Source: Bacteroidota bacterium
GTDB lineage: Bacteria; Bacteroidota; Bacteroidia; Cytophagales; UBA9547
Direction of reading: 5' to 3'
NCBI GenBank assembly: GCA_033763735.1
Contig: JANRJY010000026.1
Span: forward strand, 101,343 to 165,342
Length of the DNA stretch: 64,000 nt
Made by a program: the position numbers and the translations under genes. The notes under the pieces are model-generated. The model ran no database searches. It was not told where the DNA came from and saw only the letters and a list, made by a program, of their open reading frames with translations. Below, piece by piece: positions 50,101-62,100 of this stretch. Positions within the stretch are counted from its first letter, which is position 1; each line of letters opens with the position of its first letter.

Positions 50101-53100
50101 TACTTGGTGAACAATTCAGGTTCGGAAGCAGGTACTTCCGGAATTTTTACTATTACAGGTGCTACCCCTTATGCCGTCATTACAAGTGTAAGCCCTATCA
50201 ACGCAAGTTTGGGCAGTAGTGTCGTTATTCAAGGAAGTGGATTTGACGCTATCCCAAGTTTGAATAATGTATGGTTTGGTGCAACTAAAATGCCTGTGAC
50301 CAGTGCTACCCTTAATCAAATGGTGGTTTCAGTAGTGGGTGGTGCATCAAGTTCCAAAATAACCTACCAAAATGCATACGGATTGAATGACCAATGGAAA
50401 TTGCCTTTTGGGTATTCGTTTAATGGAGGGAACATTGCAAGTGGGTCGTTTACAAACAATGCTACTCTAAATACTGGAAGTCTACCTTATAATGTAATTT
50501 CAAATGATTTGGATAGTGATGGAAAACCTGACTTGATTGCAACTAATTGGAATACGAGCTCTAATCATTTATCTGTTTATAGAAACAATAGTATAAATGG
50601 TACAATAACGGCTAGTTCATTTGCATTACCGTTCAACTTGAGTGGTTACACGGCTAGTAATCCGTTTCAAGCAGCTGTAGGCGATTTGGATGGTGATGGA
50701 AAACCTGAAATAGTATTACCATTTTACAATACTGGGTATTTCACTATTTTCAAGAATAACAGTTCCCCAACTACTCTAACAGCAGCTTCATTTTCTAAAA
50801 ATGACATTCAAGTTTTACCAACCGGATATGGTTCTTATGGGTCTGCGATTGCTGATATAGATAATGATGGGTTTAACGACATAGTGTTTAGTTCATATTT
50901 AAATAGTGGTATATTTATATATAGAAATCTAGGAAATGGACGCCTAGATGCCGGAGGTTTTCAATTTACAAATTTTTGGACTACAGGTGGCAACCCTTCC
51001 AATATTCAAATAAGTGATATTGATAGTGATGGCAAGCTGGATATTTTGGTAGGAAATACCAGTACAACTTACTTTTCTATTTTTAGAAATATTAGCACTG
51101 TTGGTGGAATTAGTGCCTCATCTTTAGCTACTAGAATTGATTTACAAACACCTAACAATCCATATGGGGTAACTTTTGCAGACCTCAATTCGGATGGCAA
51201 ACCTGAGATTATCAATACTAATTATTCCACTAATCAAATATCCATCTTTCAGAACAATTGCAGTACCTCAACAATAACAGCTTCGAATTTCAGCAGAATA
51301 GATTTGCCTTGTATTGCAAGTTCAGGTCCTTACGGTTTGCATTCAGGTGATTTGGATGGTGATGGTAAGCCGGAAATTGTTGTTACAAGTCAAAGTGTTA
51401 CTCAATACTCTGTTTTTAAAAACAATTTTACTGCGGGTAATATATCATCTTCTCAATTTTCAAGATATGATTTTAATAATTCCCAATTTTTGTCAGGAGT
51501 AGAGTTGGTAGATTTGGATTTAGACGGCAAACAAGAAATTGTGACCGCCAATACTAATGCCAATACAATTAATATCTTTAAGAATCAAATAGGAAATGGA
51601 CAAGTTCCCACGATTACCGGATTTAATCCTTCAAGTGGGTTGGCATTGTCAACTTTTGTTACGGTTACGGGAAATGGCTTTTCAAGCGCAAGTGGAGTTA
51701 CTTTGGCTAATGTTCCAGTGGCAAGTTTTAATGTAATTAATGCAAATACAATGGTATTCAGGGTACCAAATAGTACCATTTCAGGTAAAATTGGCATTGC
51801 GAATCAATTCGGAACGGTTGGGCTTTCAACAGCTGATTTTACAGTTACAGGTGCAGCCCCTATTCCGAATATTACCAACATAATTCCTTACAGTGGTAAT
51901 ACAGGTTCATCCGTAGTAATATCAGGAAGTGGGTTTGATTTAACCCCCAACAATAACATTGTTTTTTTTGGAGCCATGAGTGCTAATGTAGTTAGTGCGA
52001 GTGCTAACTCATTAACGGTAACTGTTCCTAATGGAGCGACTAATGAAAATGTGAGAGTCAGTAATATTTCATCGGGATTAATTGGTGAAAGCTACAAGCC
52101 ATTTGTTACAACATTCCCAAATTCGGGTACCATTACCGGTGCTACTTTTGCCCCTAGAGTAGATATTCCTTCGGAAGTAAATGTTATAGCTACTATATTA
52201 GCTGACCTTGATGGTGATGGAAAAAATGACTTAATCGCTTCAAATTATAATTACAACACCATTTGGGTTTATAGAAATACCGGAACAGGAGCCAACTTAG
52301 CTACTCAATTTGCCCCTAAACAAATATTTACAACCGGTTCATATGCATATAAAATGACCACCGGTGATATAGATGGAGATGGTAAAATAGACTTGGTAGT
52401 ATCAAACTATAATAACGCTTCTGTTTCAATATTTAAAAACACCTCATCGATTGGCGGAATTTCTCTTGCTCCTAAAGTTGATTTTATAACGGGTACCAAT
52501 CCTACAGGGGTTAAGTTGGCAGACCTTGACAAAGATGGAGCACTTGATTTGATTGTAGCTAATTACAATACTTCCGGTTTCTTTTCGGTATTTAAAAACA
52601 CTAATATTTTAGGAACCATTACTGGAAACACATTTGCCAGCAGGCAGGATTTCACATGCGATTACTATGCGTACGATATTACCGTTGGGGACATTGACAA
52701 GGACGGACTTCAAGATATTGCCATTGGCACTCAAAACACCAATATCATTGGCGTTTTTAAGAATATTAGCTCTTCTGGTTCTATTTCATTCAATCCAAAA
52801 GTTTCAGTTATTTCTCAGTTTTATCCATGGGATGTAAAATTATCAGATATTGATGGAGATGATTTCCTTGATTTGGTTGTTTCAAATTCAAGCTACAGTA
52901 CTATTTCTGTATTAAGAAATACAGGAACAATAGGTACAATAACAGCTTCCAATTTTGCTGCCCGACAAGATTATAATAGTACTTCAAGTAATTATTCTCT
53001 TGCCTTGTGTGATATTGATGGCGATGGTAAAATTGATATAACCAATGCAAGTAACGGCATTCAAACTGTATCTGTGTTGAGAAATGTATCAACTTCAGGA

Positions 53101-56100
53101 GGAATAAATGTCAACTCATTATCACCTAAAATTGATTTTCAAACAAACATTGGAAATTCATATTACCACACATTTGGAGATATTACCGGAGATGGACTAC
53201 CGGAAATGATTGTGCCACAATACAGTTCAGGGACTATTTCTATTTTCAAAAACATGACTGCTCCTAATCCTACAATCACCGGGTTTAGTCCACAAACGGG
53301 TACAATAAACGTAGATATAATTACTGTTTCCGGCTTTGGGCTTAATGGTGTAACAAAAATTCAAGTAGGTTCCGGTTTAACCTCAAATGTAACATCATTA
53401 GGATCAAATACTTTAATTTTCAAAGTGCCATTATTGGCAACTACCGGGTTGATAACAGCAACTAATTCATTTAACGCTTCAAGCATTTCTATAGCCACAT
53501 TTACAGTTTTAGGGCTCTCTCCATTGCCAATTGTAACTTCGGTTTCGCCAATTAATACCTCTAATTCTGATATAATTACCTTATCAGGAAGTGGATTCGG
53601 TACTGTATTGGGTCAAAATGTGGTATATATTGGTGCTGAAAGAGTTGTAGTTCAATCAGTAAATCAAAATCAGATTACCGTTCAAAACCAAATCGGTACC
53701 AATAATGGCGCAATTTCAGTAATTAATACAATCAGTGGTTTGCAAGGCATTGCCAATCAGTTTGTAAACAACACATTTTCGGGACCCAATACCATTGTAG
53801 GAGCCAGTTTTGCCCCTTATGTGTCAACCACTACCAATTGGAATTCTTATATAAGTGAAATAGCTGACCTGGATGGAGATGGGAAAAACGATTTGATTTC
53901 GGCTGGATATGGAAATAATAGCATTTCTGTTTTCAGAAATGTAAGTTCCGTAGGTGGCTTTTCATTTGCTACCAGGCAAGATTTTACAGTCGGTACTAAT
54001 CCATTTGGATTGGCTGTTGCTGATTTTGATAATGATGGACGTAAAGATATAGCAGTTGGCAACTATTCAAGTGGCAATATTTCATTATTTAAGAATATTT
54101 CAACAATAGGCAATATTGCTTTTGCAACACGAGTAGATATAATAACTACCAGTTTTAGTCCTTATGGTTTTATTAGTTCAGGAGACTTAGATGGTGATGG
54201 TTTTTTGGATTTAGCCATTTCAGGTTATTACAACAGTTCGATAGTTTTACTTAAAAACCAAGGAATCGTAGGAACGATTACCGGTGCGAGTTTTGGAAAT
54301 AGATTTGACATTACTGGCTACTCAAATATGTATGACGCTCAGATTGTGGATGTGGATGGCGACAATAAAAACGACTTGGTATTTGTGGCTACAGGAAGCA
54401 ATATATTAGCCATAAGAAAAAACATAGGCATTCAAGGCGATTTCAGTCTTTCAATGTTTGCACCTGCAATTACTTTTGGTACATCTACGGCTCCTACAAA
54501 GATGACAATCAGAGATTTGGATAGAGATGGAAAGCTCGATGTTATAGTTACAAATCAATCAACCAGTTTCTTATCTGTTTTCAAAAATAATACCGTCGGA
54601 AATACAATCACAGGAAGTTCATTTAGTTCTTTCACTATAGGTTCACAAGGTAATCCATTTGGAGTAACAAGTGCAGACATTGATGGAGATGGCAGGTTGG
54701 ATATTTTATATGGCAGTTACAATAATGCTAAACTATCGGTAAATCGAAACATAAGTACTATTGGTGGGTTATCAGCAGCATCATTCGCACCACGTGTTGA
54801 TTATACCTCTCAAGGAGGTATATATGGCGTAACAGAAGGCGACATAGATGGAGATGGAAAAACTGATATATTAGCTTCAATCTATAATACTAACACCCTA
54901 AACATTTTTAGAAATTTATCTGGACCAACGCCATCCATTACAGGATTTTCACCTCTTACCGGTACTGCCGGAATTACAATTGTTTCCATTTCCGGTTTTG
55001 GTTTTAACAATATTACCAGTGTTGGAATTGCCGGATTCATTTCTCCAAATTATACAATTTTAGGCAATAATGTGATATTAGCAAAAGTACCCATTTCTGC
55101 ATCATCAGGATTAATCACTGTAACTAATGTATTTTTTGCATCAGGAGTTAGTAATCAGTCATTTACAGTAACTGGTGCTTATCCTTATCCTAGTATTAGC
55201 GGAATTGTTCCAAATGTGGCTGCTGTTGGTGAAACTATCCAAATCAACGGTTCAAATTTTGGAGCTTTAACCTCATTAAATGATGTATTTTTTGGGAATA
55301 TAAAAGCCAATGTATCATTTGCTTCACCAAGCAGTTTGCAAGTTACAGTCCCTGTTTCAAGTGAATATAAAAACATACGTATCACCAATAAATTCAACCA
55401 ACTAGCATCTGAATATAATTACCCTTTCAATCCCACATTTGCCGGTATGAATACCATAACGGGAGCAACTTATGCTCCAAAAGTAGATCAAGCCATGGGA
55501 ATTGGCGCAGCATACAGATTGGCCGTAGGTGATATTGATGGAGATGGTAAACTTGATGTAATTACTGGAACCTACAATTCAAGTTATATTAGTATTTTTA
55601 GAAATATTTCATCGCCAGGAACTTGGACAGGCACCTCCTTTGCCCCTAGAGTGGATATTAATATTGGATACACTTATTTCCATGAAATTGAATTGGCGGA
55701 TGTTGATTTGGATGGAAAACTGGATATTGTTGTAGCACAATACAATAACAGTAACATATTTATTATAAAAAATAATTCAAGTCCTGGTAACCTATCAAAC
55801 GCCTCATTTTCAACTCCTGTCCAAATTGCAGGACCAACAAACACATATGCAGTTGAGGTAGCCGATTTTAATAATGATGGTTTTCTTGACTTAGCTGCCG
55901 CAGGTATAAGTGCTTCAGTCGTATCCGTATACCTTCACAATGGAGTTACAGGTACTATTACAGGCCAGACATATGCTTCAAAAATTGATTTCAATAATTA
56001 TTCCAATGTATATGATTTGGAAGCAGCTGATTTTAATGGTGATGGATTAATTGATTTAGCATCCGCAAATTATACCAATAACAATGTAAGTATCCTTCAA

Positions 56101-59100
56101 AACAGTTCTGTAAACAATAATATTTCATTTAGATCATCCGTGCCGTATTTTGTAAATCAACCGCTTTCAATTAAGGCCGTGGATATTGATAGAGATGGAA
56201 AATTGGATTTTGTTACAAATAGCTATAATACTTCTAATGTCTATATTTTTAAAAATAACCTTGCTACTAATACCATTACTTCAACATCTTTTGGAAATGC
56301 AGGTAACGGAATCACATTTGCAACAGGTGGAGCTAACTATGGTGTTGATGTATTTGACATGGATGGCGATGGCAAATTAGATGTTCTCAGCGGTAATTAT
56401 GCTGCAAATACGGTGTCTATTTTAAGAAATATAGGCAATGTTGGCACAATAACTTCAAGTACGCTTGCTACAAAAGTTGATTTAACCACAGCAGCATATC
56501 CATGCTATGTATTGGCAGCTGATTTGGATGGAGATACCAAACCCGACATCATAGTTCCAAATGCCAGTGCTAGTAATTTTTCAATAATCAGGAATAATTT
56601 ATCATTTAATCCTACAGCAACCGGAATGAATCCGAATCAAGGTTCCGTTTTTTCAATTGTTTCAATTAGTGGTTTTAATTTAAATTCAATCAATCAAGTT
56701 TCGATTGGAGGAGGCATTACTAATCAAATAACCATATTAGGTTCAAATGCGCTTCTTGCAATGATACCAATTAATGCTCAAAGTGGTAGTGTAATTGTAA
56801 CCAATTCCCAAGGAAGTACTTCAACTGTACCGGGTATATTTACAGTAAATCCGGTTATTTACCCAAGTGTAACTGGGATTTCACCTATTAATGCAGGGGT
56901 AGGCAATTCAATTATTATAAATGGTTTAAATTTTAGCACAATCGCAGGTAATAACATAGTTTATTTTGGTCCAGTGAGGGCTACTGTTACAGGAAGCACA
57001 ACTAACTTACTGAATATTAATGTGCCTTCAGGCGCAAATTATTCACAATTGGATTTATTAGTCACAGATAAAAATATGCGAGCCCAATCGAATGATAGAT
57101 TTAGCCCAACATTTGGTGGTAGTGGTACCATAGTAGGTTCTTCATTTGCAACACCCGTAACTAATAATGCTGGTTCAAGTCCATTTACAACCCATTTGGC
57201 TGATTTGGATAATGATGGCAAACCGGAAATAATAGTGACAAATTATAGTAGTGCAACTATAGGCATTTATAAAAATAATACAACCGGCAATACCATCACA
57301 GGAACCTCATTTTCAAACGTTTTGAATTTAAGTGGCTCATATTCCTCACCTGCTGATATTAAAGCAGTAGATGTAGATCATGATGGTCGCTTGGATTTGA
57401 TTATTTCGGATAATTCGCTTCAATCCATCTTTGTTTGCAAAAATACCTCATCTGGAGGTTCAATATCTTTTGCAGCCCCTCAATCATATGCAGTGCCAAG
57501 TGTTGGTTATGTTTATAGTCAAGGAATAGATGTAGCTGATATTGATTATGATGGATTTATGGATATAGTTGTTGCTTGTGGAAGTGCGAATAAAGTCTCA
57601 GTTTTTAAACATAATGCCGTACCAGGCATAATCAATGCAGCTACTTATAGTAATCGTACCGATTATAATACTTCAACAAATCCCATTTATGTAAAAACAG
57701 GTGATTTTGATAAAGATGGAAAAACAGACATTATAGTATCAAATTATGGAGCCAATAATGTTCAAATTTTCAGAAATACAGCAATCCAAGGTATTATTAA
57801 TGCCAGTTCATTAGCTGTGCCAATAACGATAACAGTGAGTACAAATCCTGCACAAATTACCGTTGGAGATATTGATGGTGATGGCTGGCTAGATTTTGTA
57901 GTTGGTCATTATACCACTAATCAGATAAATGTTTATAGAAATAACAATATTGCAAACACGATTACCGGAGGTTCATTTACACCAACCGTACTTACAACAA
58001 ATGCTCGACCTGCCGGTGTATTGCTTACCGATCTCGATGGTGATTCAAAAGTTGAAATCATCAATGGAGGCAGCGATAATGTTACTATTAGTGTTTTCAG
58101 GAATTTATCAAGTCCCGGCACTATAACTGCAAGTTCATTTGCCACTCGACTACCAATCAATGCAGGAATTACTGGGGCAACTTATTTTGCTTCTGGGGAC
58201 TTGGATGCTGATGGCAAACCGGAACTTATATTTCCAGGATATTTTAGTGCTCAATTAAGTATTCTTAAAAACCTTCAAACCAACTCCAACCTACCTACTA
58301 TTACTTCATTTACTCCAAATGCCGAACGCAAAGGCAGAACAATGACAATTGGAGGAAACAATTTTGTGGGTGTTACATCTGTGTCACTGAATGGCACAAC
58401 AATCCCTTATTTTGTCCAAAATACCAATACCATCTTAACAACCCTTACCGGCAATGCATCGAGTGGCTTGGTTTCAATTGTTGGTTTTGGAGGCAGTGGT
58501 CTTTCTGCTTTTGTTTTCACTGTTTTGGGAACTCCTGCTCCTTCTGTGGTGGGAATTAATCCTAATCCGGTATTGCAAGGGGGAGTTATTACAATCACTG
58601 GTGCGGAAGTAGAATTTTTGTTAAATCCGATTACCATTTCAAGTAATGTAATAAGCAATTATTTGTATAATTCTGCTGCAGGAACAATTATTGCTACTGT
58701 ACCAGGAAACGCCATTTCAGGTGACGTGAGACTTGCAACTTCTTTTGGAGGAATTTCTGTTATAAACACTAACTCATATTTAAATGTAACTCCTTTCTTG
58801 TTGCCTACAATTACCGGTTTCAATCCAACATCTGCATTGCCTGGAAGTTTGGTTTCTGCTTTAGGAAATAATTTGGTAAGCATTACCGGTTTTTCAATCA
58901 GTGGTGTTTCTATCTCTTTCAATGTTGTTAATTCAAGTTTGATAACATTCACGGTTCCTAGCGCATTAACAGGAAGGGCAAATGTTATCAATTACAGTGG
59001 TCAAACACAATCCTCTTCATTATTACAAATACTTACCGCACCTAATCCAAACTTTGGGAATATGTTATTGATGGATGGTAATAATAATCAAATAAATATT

Positions 59101-62100
59101 CCGGATAATAATGCAATAGATTTCACAAATAGCTTTACAGCTGAAGCTTATGTTAAATTCAACCAGATAACGAGAGCAACGGCTGGTTTTGATTGGCAAG
59201 CAATATTTACAAAAAACAACTATTCTGTTGGATATGGATTAATGTTGCAAACAGGAACTGCGCAAAAGAACTTAAGATTTTATCTAAACGGATGTACGCC
59301 ATCATTCGTAACGTATGACTGGACATCCAGTTTAAATCCTAATGTTTGGTATCATGTAACGGTGACATATGATGGATCAAGCGCCAAAATTTACATAAAT
59401 GGCAATTTGGTTTTAAACACTCCTGTATCCGGAAATGTGGCAACTAACAATAATGCCTTGACTTTAGGAGCAAGCCCAACAAATGGTCCTTATCCTTTGG
59501 ATGGTAGTTTGGATGAAGTTCGTTTCTGGAATATTCCTGTTTCAATTTCCGGAATTTCGAATAATAGATGTTCGGAAATCATTGGAAACGAACCCGGATT
59601 AGTGGCTTATTACCGCTTCAATGAGGCAACCAATTCTTTAACAGCATTGGATGCTGGTCCACTGGCTATTAATGGAACGCTTGCCAACTTTACTTTGCCT
59701 ACTCAAAGAATCAATTCTACTGCACTGTGCTATCCGATAAGTACAGTCACATCCATCAATCCAAATCCCGCAATTGGTGGACAAACAATTGTGACGCTTA
59801 ATGGATTAGCTTTCAATGCGATTACATCGGTTAAAGTTGGAAATGTTAACATGCCTAATTATACAGTTGCAGGAAATAATATTTATGTTTCAGTTCCGGT
59901 TACAATTACTTCCGGTAATATTATTCTGGATAATGGAGGGACATTAAGCACATCTACAGGAATTCTTTCTGTTGTAGGCTTAAATCCAACTATTTCTTCT
60001 ATATCCCCTTCTTCTGAACGACAAGGAAGAATTGTTTCAATTATTGGTACTAATCTGAATAATGCTACTCAAGTTTCTTTTGCAAATAATGTAAATGCAA
60101 CTTACGCAATAATTAATTCAACATTAATTGTAACAACCGTTCCCGGTGGGGCAATATCCGGATTAATAACCGTAACAAATATTGCAGGTATAGGAACAGG
60201 CACTTTCAATGTGCTTTCAACACCATCACCTATAGTTACAACCATTTCGCCTTCATTTGCTGTGAATGGTACTTTAGTAAATGTAACCGTTCTTGAACAA
60301 GAATATTTACAATCTCCTATTACTATTGGTGGCACTACAATCTCATCTTATACGCTTACCGGAAACAATTTAAGTTTCACTGTACCAGTTTCTGCTATTT
60401 CAGGTCATGTACGGGTTCGAACGCTTTATGGAGGTATATCATCTACTACAACAGGCTCATTATTAACTATATTACCACCTCCTACTATAACTGATTTCGG
60501 GCATGTTAACACAGGTGTAAAGCTTGCTTCAGGAGGATGCGGTTCTGGAAATCCGGATATAATTACTATTACAGGAAATGGATTTGCTCCCGGTAGCACT
60601 AGTGTTACGGTTAACAACTTTAATGTTGTCAATTATACAGTATCATCATCCAATTTAATTTATGCTGCAGTTCCTGATTTAGTGAACTTCCCCGGTCAAG
60701 ATATCACAGGAAAAATTAGAATTACCACACCTGCCGGAAACATTGCATCCATTGCTAATCTTACTGGTAAATTTTGTGTAATTACACCAACAACAACAGT
60801 TGGAGCAAGTTATGGAACCCAAATTGCAATCACTGGAAATGACCTTGCGAATGTAACCGGGGCAACCATAGGAGGAATAAATGCTACATATACTTACAAT
60901 AGCAGTCAACAAAAATTATATGTTACTGTTCCAACTAATGCACCTTCTGGAAACGTTTCTTTTGGATTAAGTCAAGGAAGTTATGTATATAATTTCCCTT
61001 TCCCTCTTTATATTTATCCAAAACCAACTGTTTCAGGTATCATTCCTAATCCGGCACCTATTGGTTCGATTATTTCAATCACTGGTATTCACTTGTTTAG
61101 TACCACTTCGGTTTCGTTTAATAATGCCGTACAAACTGTGATCAGCAATATAAATGACAACTTAATAACCCTGCAGGTTCCTACCGGTGCTAGAAATGGT
61201 GCATTAACCATATTTGCTATTGGAGGAAATGCAATAAGCCCGGTTTCGTTAACTATTGCACCTACCGTGACTTCTATTAATCCTAATGCAGCCGGGGTTG
61301 GTCAGCAAGTTGACATATTTGGCGAATCATTATCTGATATTACACAAGTACAGATAAATGGAATAAATGCACCGATTAATTTCAAAAATGCTACAAATGT
61401 GAACATAAATGTTCCTTTTGGTGCAACAAGTGGCAATTTGGTAGTTTTTACAGCTGGTTACACTTCTCCAGGAATATTCTTTACTGTAATACCTCCGCCT
61501 GTTATCAATAACATTTTACCTGCCAGTGCAGGCATCGGAGCATTTGTTACTATCATTGGTGACAATTTCTCATTATCCGGTACGAATACGGTTAACTTTA
61601 ATGGTTCAGGTACGGCAACCGCTACTATTTTAGGTCCAAACACTTTGATTGTGCAAGTACCAGGTACCGCTAGTACCGGATTTATTACTGTAACCAACAA
61701 TGGTGGAAGTACCCAAAGCAATATTCAGTTTGTCGTATTGCCAAGCTTAAGTGGGTCATTCTCCCCTATTACTGCCGGTTTGGGAACACAAATAAGTTTA
61801 TTTGGAAACAATTTGTTTAATCCTTCTTTAATCAGATTCAATGGTGTTGCTGCAACAAACTTTACATCTGTATCTTCATCCAGAATAGATGTAGTTATTC
61901 CTCCGGCAGCAGGAACCGGACCAGTTTCTGTCGATGTAACAACAGATGGTGGAACCTCTAATGCGGTCACTTATACAATATTAGGCATTCCTACAATTTC
62001 GAGCCACACTCCTTTAAGTGGCATTGCAGGAACGGTGGTAACAGTAAATGGAACGAATTTCTTGGCATCTAACAATGTATTGGTGAATGGGGCCACAGCA

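Larger units (their letters stand above)
48181..58289 (+). repeat. Six tandem protein-level super-repeats (IPT-IPT-7-blade propeller), period about 1.66-1.69 kb
   Basis: The first IPT of each unit (ITGFSP/ITGFNP/TGMNP/ITSFTP) starts at about 49924, 51610, 53275, 54935, 56615 and 58295. The units are divergent at the DNA level, sharing only short identical runs. Confidence 0.85.

Noticed and set aside
51314-58126. Four short plus-strand ORFs (51314-51502, 52634-52837, 56186-56380, 57929-58126)
   Set aside because: All are in frame 2, nested inside the frame-1 giant ORF, 67 aa or shorter, and low-complexity. They are out-of-frame shadows.
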